Source: Octopus sinensis (lineage: Eukaryota). From it: a stretch of DNA of 64,000 nucleotides. The position numbers were made by a program, and so were the translations under genes. The notes below the pieces were generated by a model that saw only the letters and a program-made list of their open reading frames with translations, made no database searches and was not told the origin of the DNA. Below are positions 23,342 to 36,654 of the stretch, one piece after another. The stretch is taken from positions 11,036,001 through 11,100,000 of the forward strand of contig NC_043020.1 of the NCBI RefSeq assembly GCF_006345805.1, written 5' to 3'. Positions within the stretch are counted from its first letter, which is position 1; every line of letters begins with the position of its first letter.

Positions 23342-26300
23342 CATTAATCAAATATTCTTGCGTGGACAACCGGAAACAAATGACACTGCATGAACGAGCC
23401 ATTTTCTTTGCAAACATCGTGTAACATAATCAAGACATGTCAAGAAGCCTGGACATCTTTTCGTGGTGGACTGCAAATAAACGACACCGTTAGCAAAGCC
23501 ATCGCTTACAATTTTCTTAGACACGATTCCGTTTTACACAATGGAGATGCACTTAAATAAACACGCATTCTTTTGTATCCGGCGGATTTCGTTCAATTTC
23601 CGTCTACCGAATTCAGAGAAGTCAAGTTTATTTCAAATGAAAAGTAAACGTTGCCTTTTGCAGTTTATTTTACTCACTTCATGCTTGCCTATCACAGCAG
23701 GGTCACCTTAACTTTGTGACTTTATACAATAGAACGAAGTGATCTTATAACGGACTTTTGATGCGACAGAACGTTTATTGCTGTCATAAAAAAACATGTT
23801 TATTATGTAATTTTATTAGAGCATTAAGCTTCGGTGTGTGGTGATAGATATTTAGCAGTGGCAGTTATTACAAACCAAAGATAGTGATGATCTTAATTTC
23901 ATTTTCTTTACCTCTTACTCTTTTACTTGTTTCAGTCATTTGACTGCGGCCATGCTGGAGCACCGCCTTTAATCGAGCAACTCGACCCCGGGACTTATTC
24001 TTTTTGTAAGCCCAGTACTTATTCTATCGGTCTTTTTTGCCGAACCGCTAAGTGACGGGGACGTAAACACACCAGCATCGGTTGTCAAGCAATGCTAGCG
24101 GGACAAACACAGACACACAAACACACACACACATACATATATATATACATATATACGACAGGCTTCTTTCAGTTTCCGTCTACCAAATCCACTCACAAGG
24201 CATTGGTCGGCCCGGGGCTATAGCAGAAGGCACTTGCCCAAGATGCCACGCAGTGGGACTGAACCCGCAACCATGTGGTTGGTTAGCAAGCTACTTACCA
24301 CACAGCCACTCTTGCGCCTATCTAATAAAATATAACCACTTATTTCATTGGTCGGCCCGAGGCTATAGCAGAAGACACTTGCCCAAGGTGCCATGCAGTG
24401 GGACTGAACCCGCAACCATGTGGTTGGTTAGCAAGCTACTTACCACACAGCCACTCCTGCGCCTTTTATATCTTTTTTTTTTTTTTAATCTTTGTTTCAG
24501 TCATTAGATTAATTAACCCCAGTATCTTATTTTGGCGATGTTACGGTATGGAGCCCAGTCATTCTTTTTGGCGCTGAAGTCATTAAGAACTTCTTATCCT
24601 CTTCAATTTTCATCTGTCCCAATAAGGACTTCAGTAATATCAGAATCGGAACTGAATTGCAATAAGTATAAAGTGAGCCACTGGATAAGCTGCTTTGTGA
24701 TTTGATTATAGTGTGGCATAGGAATCTGATAGTGAGCCATACATACTTAAGAGCCCTTGAGTGGGTTAGCAGGGTGCAGTATTGAGGGAGGTGGCTTTAT
24801 GTCAGGTAATGAGAAGTTAAATTGCAATAGAGGGATAAGAACAGGTGTCTTGCAGTAAGGGGGATGCTATCAATTTTATTGGTGTTCTTTATTTTGCCAA
24901 ATTGGAACGAAGCATGCCACGAGACCGTGTGAGAGTTCTTCATCTGCTAGACAGTGTGGTAACCAAGGTTAAAAAAAACATCCTGCTGCCCATAAAATGA
25001 GATATTGTATGCGAGGCCTCAACCTGCTACATGAAACACATACTCTGAATATATGATCCTCTCTGTGTATATATGCTTACCAACTGTTTAATACTCGTCA
25101 GATGTTATGGCTGTACACATCTCTACTTTGTACTTGTAAGCTTGACCTGATATCCATCTATCGATTGATCAGTTGTTGGGATACGACCTTGGGATTTCTG
25201 GAGAGTACTCAATGTCTCACACACACATCTAGGCTCTCTCTCCCTCTTCCCCCTCTCTCTCTCATATATATATACACATGCACACATACACAGAGTAAAG
25301 TATAGTTTCTCCATACACACACACTACATATACATACACGTACACACACATACTTCATACTTCCAGCACCTTCTACTGACCATCCTCCTATGCACATGTG
25401 TAGGTAGACACACAACAGGCAGCCACTCCTACCAAAATTCTTACTATAAATTCTTCCTATAACCTGCTGGAAACATTAAATCCTCCTTCTTTCTTTCTTT
25501 TCCTGAGCGTCCAATAACACTATACTTGTTGTTGTGTTTTCTCTTTGTTCATGTTTGGATTAACTATATATATATATATATATATATTTTTATCTTCATT
25601 TCACTAAATTTATCTAGCTTCTGTGTTCCTAGCACATATTTCACCTTAATGTACTGATATATGAAAAATATATGGCTTGTGTTAGAAATACCAGCGATAA
25701 TAATTATTTTTATTTTATCGCAATTTGATTTGTTTACATATTTCTCGATAAATTTTGAGCGCTAGACGATATACCAGAAATCCCTAGTTTTGTCGGGACG
25801 TTCGGAGTCTGCGCAGTGATCTGATTAGTTAGAGAGAGTAAATCATTAGAAGCACATGCTTCTAGTGAGTTAGGATCTCAGAACAACAGGGCTCTTACCG
25901 ATGAATTCTCCCTGGGCAAATAAATTATCTTTATTGCTGAAAAGAAAGAAACTGCAGTCTAAGAGTAACCGAGTTAGTAAATGTTTTTATCTTCATTTCA
26001 CTAAATTTATCTAGCTTCTGTGTTCCTAGCACATATTTCGCCTTAATGTACTAATATATGAAAAATATATGGCTTGTGTTAGAAATACCAGCGATAATAA
26101 TTATTTTTATTTTATCGCAATTTGATTTGTTTATATATATATATAAAGGGAGAGAGAGAGAGAAAATATCAAAAAACAGATTTGCTTTACAAGATTTAAG
26201 AGCATAATTTGAAATAAGGACTGGTTTTGCATTGCTCATTAAAAATATTTTCTACCTTATATATATGTATGTACAAGAGAAAACAGACTCCTGCTCTTCT

Positions 26301-27137
26301 TGAGTTTTGAGTTTACTAGTAAATTGATGAATATTTACAGACAAATAGAGTTAATGTATGATGCAAAAGTAAATAGCAACTGTTATCTGGACTGCGTTAC
26401 AGGGTTCTGAATGTCAATAAGTAAATGATAAGAGAGTGAAAGAGAGAGGAGAATGGCATAGTTTTTTTTCTATATTTCTTAGTTTCATTTTTGAGGGAGA
26501 GAAGAGAAAAAAAAATAACACTTGATGGCTGTATACATCCCTTTGTTGTCACATGCCCACCCACATCAAGTAGGCAATAAAAATGTTCTGGGGGGGAGGG
26601 GTGGAATTAAAGATATAATGCTTTCATGGAATATAACAATTAATAGGTTAATAAATATATATTTGTTGTCAGTAAAGGGGATAAAATATAATGTGTAGAC
26701 AAATATAAAATAGAAACAAATAATGAGATCTTATCATTGGTGTGAGACCATGTCATGGGGGGGGGGGTGGTGGTGGTGTCTGTGAATGTCAGCAAGCGAA
26801 TAATAGGGAAGAAGTGAAAGAGGAGAATGGGACATGACCTTGGATTTTCTGGAGAGAACTCAATGTTTCACACACATAAGCACATGTAGGCTCTCTCTCT
26901 CTCTTTTTCACACCATGCATATATGAATGGTCCATTATAGAATTATATATGTTTTGTATACATAAAGGCGCAGGAGTGGCTGTGTGGTAAGTAGCTTGCT
27001 TACGAACCACATGGTTCCGGGTTCAGTCCCACTGCGTGGCACCTTGGGTAAGTGTCTTCTACTATAGCCTCGGGCCGACCAAAGCCTTGTGAGTGGTTTT
27101 GGTAGATGGAAACAGAAAGAAGCCCGTCGTATATATG

Positions 27138-27168
<31 letters not shown>

Positions 27169-27549
27169 TTGTGTGTCTGTGTTTGTCCCCCTAGCATTGC
27201 TTGACAACCGATGCTGTTGTGTTTATGTTCCCGCTACTTAGTGGTTCGGCAGAAGAGACCAATAGAATAAGTACTGGGCTTACAAAAGAATAAGTCCCGG
27301 GGTCGAGTTTCTCAATTAAAGGCGGTGCTCCAGCATGGCCACAGTCAAATGACTGAAACAAGTAAAGGAGTAAAAGAGTATAAAGGCGCAGGAGTGGCTG
27401 TGTGGTAAGTAGCTTGCTAACCAACCACATGGTTCCGGGTTCAGTCCCACTGCGTGGCACCTTAGGTAAGTGTCTTCTACTATAGCCTCGGGTCGACCAA
27501 AGCCTTGTGAGTGGTTTTGGTAGATGGAAACTGAAAGAAGTCCATCGTA

Positions 27550-27594
<45 letters not shown>

Positions 27595-27841
27595 GTATGT
27601 GCATGTTTGTGTGTTGTGTTTGTCCCCCCAACATCACTTGACAACTGATGCTGGTGTGTATACGTCCCCGTAACTTAGCGGTTCGGCAAAAGAGACCGAT
27701 AAAATAAGTACTAGGCTTACAAAAGAATAAGTCCTGGGGTCGATTTGATCGACTAAAGGCGGTGCTCCAGCATGGCCACAGTCACATGACTGAAACAAGT
27801 AAAAGAGTAAAGAGTAATGTCTGTTCCTTCTTCTTTATCAG

Positions 27842-27934
27842 GTATTGCTGGATGCTGTGCAAAAACTACAGTTGCTCCCCTGGACAGAGTGAAAATCTTG
27901 CTTCAAGCCCACAATCGACATTATCGACACCTAG
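27842..27934 (+). CDS. SLC25A16: SLC25A16 exon 2 (GIAGCCAKTTVAPLDRVKILLQAHNRHYRHL)
   Basis: First carrier signature PxDxxK. Closely resembles human GDC GIAGCCAKTTVAPLDRVKVLLQAHNHHYKHLG. Canonical ag/gt. Confidence 0.95.
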
Positions 27935-28564
27935 GTAAGAATATTTCTTGGTTTCAGGCAATTTTTTAAAACTTGGACAGCTGTTTTGTTAATAGGTTAA
28001 TGTCTTCTACAGAAATAGGGAATGGCTTTGAAACGTTTGTCCCTGCAGTGTAGACATAAGAAAACTCAGAACTCCCATCCTCACATCCCACCAATCAACA
28101 TTTCCCTACATGAATAGGCCAAGATATCACAAAACTTGTCTTAGAAATGACTTAACAGATCCTATCAGGTGGTGCTATTAAGTCAGACATGGCCTGGGCC
28201 AGTCTTTGACCAAAACATATCTAAGTTATATATATATCATCATCATCATCGTTTAACGTCCGTTTTCCGCGCTAGCACGGGTTGGACGGTTCGACCGGGG
28301 TCTGGGAAGCCAGGGGCTGCTCCAGGCTGATCTGGCAGAGTTTCTACGGCTGGATGCCCTTCCTAACGCCAACCACTCCGCGAGTGTAGTGGGTGCTTTT
28401 TACGTGCCACCTGCACAGGTGCCAGGGGGGGGGGGAGTCCGGCATCAGCCACAATCGGTTGGAGCTTTTAACGTGCCAGTGGCATGGAAGCCAGCCAAGG
28501 CAGCGCTGGCAACGTTCGGATGGTGCTTTTTATGTGCCACTGGCACAGAAGCCAGTCGGGGCGG

Positions 28565-28598
<34 letters not shown>

Positions 28599-30842
28599 TA
28601 AAATCCCATGTAATTTGCACACCTGTGTAATTTACGTAGGTGATTTTTCAGGATAAAAATGTTACAAAAAAGCTCTACTCGTGTAAAATTCGCACTCAAA
28701 AGTTTTCAGAATTGCCAATATGGCCAGGGAGAAAAGGTTTTCAATTTAGTAGTATTTAGCATAATTTCACTTACTTATGATTAGATTTTATTAAATTTTT
28801 CATTAAATAAAAATAATTTCTATTTAATAGGTATCACATTGAAAGCTATTAAATTATGAAGTGTTTGTGTTGTTGTTCATAATAAACTTTATTTTACAAT
28901 TCTTGCCCAAAAGAGATTATGTTCAATCTTTAACAACATACTTCTGTATGTCTTCTCAAATCCTGCTTGAGACTGACACACTTCAATAACCACTAAATGA
29001 TCTCTCTTACTCTCTTACTTGTTTGTCATTTGACTGCGGCCATGCTGGAGCACCGCCTTTAATCGAGCAACTCGACCCCGGGACTTATTCTTTTGTAAGC
29101 CCAGTACTTATTCTAACGGTCTCTTTTGCCGAACCGCTAAGTGACGGGGACATAAACACACCAGCATCCGTTGTCAAGCAATGCTAGGGGACAAACACAG
29201 ACACACTAACACACACACGCATATACACATATATACACATATACGACGAGCTTCTTTCAGTTTCCGTCTACCAAATCCACTCACAAGGCTTTGGTCGGCC
29301 CGAGGCTATAGTAGAAGACAATTACCCAAGGTGCCACGCAGTGGGACTGAACCCGGAACCATGCGGTTGGTAGACAAGCTACTTACCACACAGCCACGCA
29401 CATGCTTTTTCCATTTTATTTTCGTTATTAACCGTCCTCATAACCCTCTTCATATTTACGATGGGGCCACGAACTATACGATGAAAATCCAGAGTTACTT
29501 GTGGTCAGTGAATTTTTAATAAAAATGCAAAGGTGGTTTATCAATTCAAAAATCGATATCCACGTTCTGATTTTTTAATGCTAAAAACCTTCCTGAGGAC
29601 CATATTGTAACCACTGGACCAGCCATCTGGTCATGAAGAGGGAACAGACAAAGAAATGGACAGATAGACAGACATAACACCCATTAGAGGAGCACTCCGT
29701 CGGTTGCGACGATGAGGGTCCCAGCTGATACGATCAACGGAACAGCTTGCTCGTGATATTAACGTGCAAGTGGCTGAGCACTCCACAGACACGTGTACCC
29801 TTAACGTAGTTCTCGAGGAGATTCAGCGTGACACAGAGTGTGACAAGGCTGGCCCTTTGAAATACAGGTACAAGAGAAACAGGAAGAAAGAGCGAGAGAA
29901 AGTTGTGGTGAAAGAGTACAGCAGGGTTCACCACCACCCCCTGCCGGAGCCTTGTGGAGCTTTAGGTGTTTTCGCTCAATAAACACTCACAATGCCCGGT
30001 CTGGGAATCAAAACCGCGATCCTATGACCGCGAGTCTGCTGCCCTAACCACTGGGCCATTGCACCTCCACTAACACCCATTATAGTAAGACGGTTGGACA
30101 CCCTTCCCAACAGCAACCACTTTACAGTGTGTACTAGGTATTTTTTTGTACCACTGACACTTGTGAGGTCATGCAGCTCAAGACTATGAAACCTGAATGA
30201 AGTAGACAGCATTATGCTAGGGGTTGAGGGTTTAAAGTATAAGGGAGATGGAGCAGAGCAGGTTCTTGTTGTAGAGGAGCTACATGACACCTGACACTTA
30301 GAGGAGAGTATCAGAATGAATCAGTAGTAACTGAAAAGAGATAAATTGTGATAAACAAGTGGTTCGTCAACATACAAATAAAAGTGAGGAGGGGGTGATC
30401 ACTGTAACATATGAGTGGAGAGAGGTATATTAATATTGATTTTAAATTTTGACACAAGCCCATCAATTTGGGGGAGAGGAGTCGATTACAGCAACTCCAG
30501 CTGGTATTTATTTTATCAACCCCGCAAAGATGAAAGGCAAAGTTGGAAGAAACGCCGCTATGCAATTTTTTCAGGTGTGGTAAAGATTCTGCCAGCTCGC
30601 TGCCAAGAGAACAATATTGATATATTCTTTACTCTCTTTTACTTGTTTCAGTCGTTTGACTGCGGCCATGCTGGAGCACCGCCTTTAATCGAGCAAATCG
30701 ACCCCGGGACTTATTCTTTTGTAAACCCAGTACTTATTCTATCGGTCTCTTTTGCTGAACCGCTTAGTAACGGGGACATAAACGGGGACAATTGTCAAGC
30801 AATGCTAGGGGGACAAACACAGACACACAAACACACAAATGC

Positions 30843-30881
<39 letters not shown>

Positions 30882-31115
30882 TATATATATATACATATAT
30901 ACGACAGGCTTCTTTCAGTTTCCGTCTACCAAATCAACTCACAAGGCATTGGTCGGCCCGGGGCTATAGCAGAAGACACTTGCCCAAGGTGCCACGCAGT
31001 GGGACTGAACCTGGAACCATGTGGCTGGTTAGCAAGCTACTTACCACACAGCCACTCCTTCGCCTATATGCTTATTATATATTAATATGCTTATTATTTT
31101 TTCTTTTTCTTTTAG

Positions 31116-31249
31116 GTGTTTTTTCTTCCTTACAACATGTCATTCATAAAGAAGGTTTTCTGGGCCTCTACAAAGGAAATGGGGTTCAGATGCTACGGAT
31201 TTTCCCATATTCTGCTATTCAGTTTGGTGCTTACGAAGAATTTAAAAAG
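31116..31249 (+). CDS. SLC25A16: SLC25A16 exon 3 (GVFSSLQHVIHKEGFLGLYKGNGVQMLRIFPYSAIQFGAYEEFKK)
   Basis: EG..GLYKGNG...RIFPY carrier motif. Splice sites tttag/gtaaat, 134 nt. Confidence 0.95.
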
Positions 31250-32562
31250 GTAAATAAATTACACATTTATTCTTTTTCTCTTCCTTACTGTTTTCACTTT
31301 TACTCCTCCCACCTCTCTCTCTCATATATTTTGAGGTATTTTGACCATAAAAATGTCAAAACTGTTTAATGTCCATATTCTTCATTGTTTCTTATTTTAT
31401 TTGTCCTCTTCAAATGATCAAGTATTCCAAACATTGCCAGCCTCCACTCCTTAATTACTTTTTCTTTTCTTGTTTTCCAAGAATATCTGAGTAAAGAACA
31501 ATCAGTTTTATAGCTTCTTACTGTTGTATATGATATACAAGAATCCTTTGATACACAAAATATATGAAAAGATTAAACTTTATATATGCATATATCTCTA
31601 ATGTTTATATTTATTTACATAAATATTTCACACACACACACACACACATATCAATAACATTTGGCAGAACCGTTAGGACGCCGGGCGAAATGCGCAGCCG
31701 TATTTCGTCTGCCGTTACGTTCTAGGTTCAAATTCCGCCGAGGTCGACTTTGCCTTTCATCCTTTCGGGGTCGATAAATTAAGTACCAGTTACACACTGG
31801 GCTCGATGTAATCCACTTAATCCGTAGTTTCATGCAAGGTGGCGAGCTGGGAGAAACGTTACCACGTCGGGTGATATGTGTAGCCTTATTTCGTCTGCCG
31901 TTACGTACTGAGTTCATGTTCCGCCGAGGTTTACTTTGCCTTTCATCCTTTCGGGGTCGATAAATTAAGTACCAGTTATGCACTGGGGGTCGATGTAATC
32001 CACTTAATCCGTTTGTCTGTCCCCTCTTGTTTAGCCCCTTGTGGGTACTAAAGAAATATATTCAACATTATCCCAAAACAAATCAAAGAAAAAGGTCCCA
32101 TCACATTCAAATGAAACCTGGATAAGTTTCTTCAAGGGATGCCAGATAAGCTGCCTATACCTGGATACATCTCAGTCAACAACAAATCCCTATTTGAAAG
32201 GGCCATGATACCACTAAAACTTGATTTCACCCAACCCTTTAGCATTTAATCCGGCCATATCCAGCTCAAATATTTTACGTGTTTTCTGTTAAAACTGACT
32301 GGATCCAACCTCTCGCACCTACCCTACAATGTCATTCATTCTAAAAATATACAAAAACACTATTTAAATCTTGACGCCACAAACAATGTGTGATTAACTA
32401 TGTTTAACAAAGAAATCTATCTGGGTGCTAAAGGGTTAAAAATAACTGAACAGGTTCTGTCATGTGGTGCTATTAAGTTAAGCATGGCCTGAGCCGGTTC
32501 TGGCTGAAATTTAAGTTATTTTCTAAATAAAATAAATACAACCCTTTGTAATTTATTTTATA

Positions 32563-32949
32563 CTAGCAGTATCGCCTGGCGTTGCTCGGGTTTATAAGGG
32601 AAATAACTATATAAGCATTTTTAGAGAGTTATAGCCAAAAAAATGCATTAAAAATGGGGAAAAAATGATGGTAGATTTTTTTTTAATTCGTTGACTCATC
32701 GTAGACATTTTTAGAGAGTTACTTCCCTTATATAATAGCGAAAAAATGCATTAAAATGGAAAGAAATAATGGTAAATTTTTTTTAAATCGTAGACTCATG
32801 GTAGACGCACGCTAATACCCAGAAGGGCTAGATATGAATCACGACTATAAGATACCCGGTTTTGGTTAAACTGCACCACAAAATGTGGGAGCAGTTAGGA
32901 ATCTAAATCGTAGGAGACAGACACACAACTTCTCTTTTATATATAAAGA
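32563..32949 (-). mobile_element. Non-autonomous Helitron, family 2
   Basis: The minus strand reads A|TCTTTATATATAAAAG...CCGAGCAACGCCAGG...CTAG|T. Near-identical to 45277-45663. Confidence 0.82.
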
Positions 32950-33639
32950 TAAAATAAAATACAAACAGTTGTACAGGGACGACAAATAGATTCAGTATGG
33001 CTAATTACTTTGTAATAAATACATCTCTCATAATTTAATCATCTGCTGATTGTATTAAGGGCTAATACATCGTTAGTGAATTCGTTATTGTGTCCCAAAT
33101 ACATATCAGGAAATTCATTGTCATGTTTGTTTTTGTTGTCCACATAGTAAATACATTGTGTGACTGTGTGGTAAGAGGTTTGCTTCCCAACCATATGGTT
33201 CCGGGTTCAAGTCTCCTTTACTGTAGCACCGGGTTTATCAAAGTCTGGTGAGTGAATTTCACCGATAGAAACTGGAAAAAAAAATCTGTTGTCATCTATA
33301 CTGTTGGGAGTAGCCTCTATGCAGTTGCTTGACCTGCTAGAAATAGCAACCAACTTTCCTCAAATAACAGCCTGCTGTCTTAAAAAAAATGACATCTTGT
33401 ATAATGTAGTCCAGAGTACAGAATACCTGATAATAGATGAGGTGGTCATGGCCAGAACACTTCTGTTCAAATAAAACTTACTTACAGCTAGACAGTAGCA
33501 TCTCCAGCTCTACTTCAAAAAATCCCTTAAGGTCACACTCTATCAACTTTGAATGATTACATTGAATAATGTAGTCCATGGTGAATTATGCCAGTAAAGC
33601 AATAAATAAATAAATGGCAGAATTGTGGGGGATTGAATG

Positions 33640-33935
33640 TTAAGTTAAGTTAATTTTTTTACTCAAAAGGCAAAAAGCAAGGCCATGTAGGGGGTCATGG
33701 AGTTATGTACAGGGAGGGTGTTCATGCAAAGAGTTCAAACCATTTCTGGTCAAGAGAGACTTTGAACTGAGCAGTCGTCAGCATCTTCACTATCTCGTCC
33801 GGCAGCTTATTCCACGGATCCGCAACCCAAACGGAGAAAGCCCCTCTATCGTCGCAGATAAAGCTTTTCGGAGTGACCCCGCAGCCAACGCTCTGGAGCA
33901 GGAGTGAAGAACAGCTCTTTCGAGAGGTTACACTT
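33640..33935 (-). mobile_element. Second copy of the same CR1 3' end, in the opposite orientation
   Basis: Reverse complement aligns with 50860-51155, with a small internal deletion. Confidence 0.85.
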
Positions 33936-34059
33936 TCCACTTATGATGTTGTGAGTGAGAATGAGAATGTCTTTGATTACAGCTCAGTTAGAGCAGTGTC
34001 TAAACAATTCTATCAAATATAGCAATTTGTTAAACTTCTCTGAGCTTTGAAGGTTTGGT

Positions 34060-34620
34060 ATTTTGTCCTGTTTTTGTACATAACCCTGGTTTTGTACTTA
34101 GCCCTAGGTTTGTACATAACCCTGGTTTTGTACTTAGCCCTGGTTTTGTATTTAGCCCTAGGTTTGTACATAACCCTGGTTTTGTTCTTAGCCCTAGATT
34201 TGTACATAACCCTGGTTTTGTACTTAGCCCTAGGTTTGTACATAACCCTGGTTTTGTACATAACCCTGGTTTTGTACTTAGCCCTGGTTTTGTACACAAC
34301 CCTGGTTTTGTATTTAGCCCTAGTTTTGTACATAACCCTGGTTTTGTACTTAGCCCTAGTTTTGTACATAACTCTGGTTTTGTACATAACCCTGGTTTTG
34401 TACATAACCCTGGTTTTGTACTTAGCCCTTGTTTTGTACATAACCTGGTTTTGTACATAACCCTGGTTTTGTACATAACCCTGGTTTTGTACTTAGCCCT
34501 AGGTTTGTACATAACTCTGATTTTGTACTTAGCCTTGGATTTGTACTTAAACCTAATTTCGTATTAACCTTGGGTTTATGCTTAACCTTGGTTTTGTATT
34601 TTGCCCTGGTTTGGCTCTTA
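34060..34620. repeat. Minisatellite, 18-bp units (TAACCCTGGTTTTGTACW / TAGCCCTRGKTTTGTACA) partly arranged as a 36-bp dimer
   Basis: Seen directly. Confidence 0.95.
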
Positions 34621-35098
34621 GCTGTTGTTTTATAATAAGTCCTAGTTTTATAATGTTGGTTGGATAAATCTTTCATTGGGTGTGACTTGGAGTGATATGT
34701 TACATAAAATTAAGTGTTCAGAAAAACACTTGTTCTGTGTTTCAAGTAGGTAATCCATTACAGTAAACCCTCAGCTTCTATTTAAAACTTGATACACCAA
34801 CAGCAGCAGCAACAACAACAACAACAGAGAGGGTTTTTCATGATAACAGGATGAGGCCACTGGTAAATAATAAGTGTAAATGACAGACCTAAAAAAAAAT
34901 TTCATGTCCTCACCCTCACATCCTGAAAAACAAAATAAAAACACACCAAGTGGTGTTTGTCTCCTTCCCCTCCTCCAAGTCAATTTGTTGCGCAAAAGCA
35001 GCAAACATAGAAACTTCTCAGACTGTCTTCTTAGTTTGTCCACCTCTAATTTGTTGCCCAATTTGTGTGTTTCTGAATTGTGATAAACTTTTCAACAG

Positions 35099-35162
35099 AT
35101 TCTCAAGTCGGTTACAAATTGTCACACTCACATTGTCAAGCTGACGGCTGGATCCTTAGCAG
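35099..35162 (+). CDS. SLC25A16: SLC25A16 exon 4 (ILKSVTNCHTHIVKLTAGSLA)
   Basis: 64 nt, splice sites tttcaacag/gtaact. Phases 0 and 1 fit the neighbouring exons, and H..KL.AGS.AG matches the family. Confidence 0.9.
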
Positions 35163-35894
35163 GTAACTATACACTTTTCATCACACAAAGCAAGCATGAC
35201 CTTTTATTGAGTGATATTTTTAATCATCATCATCATTATCATCATCGTTGTTGTTATTATTATTGTTATTTCTCTTTTAGTGGGGGGGGGTTCCACCATC
35301 TTCATTTCATTTTTTTCCTCATCTATTGAAATATGTTTGGCCTCATTCTTCACAAAAGATTTTTGGGGAATGATGAATTTATAAACTTCATCCTTTGTTT
35401 TTATATTTTTTATACAGTTGTTGTTATCATTATTTGATTGGCTGAAACTGCCCAAAATTGTTGTCCTTATGCCAACACAAGAATTTGTTATTATCATTAC
35501 TATTATTATTATTATATTATTATTATTACTACTACTATTGCTCTCAAAAAGTTCATTTCTTTTGTTATTATTGTTTCTAGGTCATTGTTATTGTTTAAAG
35601 GTCAAAGAATAACATTCTGTTGCTATAAAGGTCAGTGAATGTGGCCAAGACAGTAGAGCTGGCCTCAATAAAGTGTAAACAAAGTTTATAGTTCTCTACT
35701 CTAGGGCTGAGATTAGGTGAACTCATTGTTCATGCCATTCAGTAAAGATACTGGGATCACTTTGATTGCCTTTCTCTCTTCCTTATAAAAGCTGGTATTG
35801 TAAATCAGTTTAACCAAATGAGCAACTGCACTGTAGAAATTAACCTTGTACTTCGAATTCATTTGAGTGTACCCGTTCATTACACAAACTAGAA

Positions 35895-36435
35895 TACAGT
35901 AGGCCTGTTTAGTAGTTGGTACTGTAGAGCAGTTCTGCCTATTAGTTGGTACTGTAGAGCAGGTCTGCCTACTAGTTGGTACTACAGATCAAGTTTGTCT
36001 ACTAGTTGGTACTACAGATCAAGTTTGTCTACTAGTTGGTACTACAGATCAAGTTTGTCTACTAGTTGGTACTACAGAGCAAGTTTGTCTACTAGTTGGT
36101 ACTACAGAGCAAGTTTGTCTACTAGTTGGTACTACAGAGCAAGTTTGTCTACTAGTTGGTACTACAGAGCAAGTTTGTCTACTAGTTGGTACTACAGAGC
36201 AAGTTGGTCTACTAGTTGGTACTACAGAGCAAGTTTGTCTACTAGTTGGTACTACAGAGCAAGTTTGTCTACTAGTTGGTACAACAGAGCAAGTTTGTCT
36301 ACAAGTTAGTACCACAGAGTAGGTCTTTCTGCAAGCTAGGTCTTTCTACTATAGGGCAAGTTTGTGTAGCATTTGGTATTATAGAGCAGGTCAGTCTACT
36401 AGTTGGTACAACAGAGCAAAGTCTGTGTACTAGTT
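35895..36435. repeat. Minisatellite, 30-bp unit ACTAGTTGGTACTACAGAGCAAGTTTGTCT; homogeneous core with degenerate edges
   Basis: Seen directly. Confidence 0.95.
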
Positions 36436-36654
36436 TATAGATTATGGTTGACCCAAAAGCTCCACTTTAGATCAGTGACAGTCACATATTGTTGTAGATA
36501 AGTATAATTATCCTGATAGCCTAAAAGAGTAAAGACCCTCTTTGATCATGAATGACCATAGAATTGCACCTAGAAAGCTTCCCCTGGCCCCCCAATAACT
36601 CAACACTTACACAATTCAGGAAGAGAAACAGTTAAGGAAATTAAGCTGACTTCA

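Noticed and set aside
30839-31115. Recurring ORFs with RRHLPKVPRSGTEPGTMWLVSKLLTTQPL or CHAVGLNPEPCGW
   Set aside because: Translations of SINE A. Only 31116-31249 of this ORF is a real exon.
34013-34676. KTR/KPG-repeat ORFs and a possible interstitial telomere
   Set aside because: An 18-bp minisatellite. TAACCC occurs once per unit, not as (TTAGGG)n arrays.
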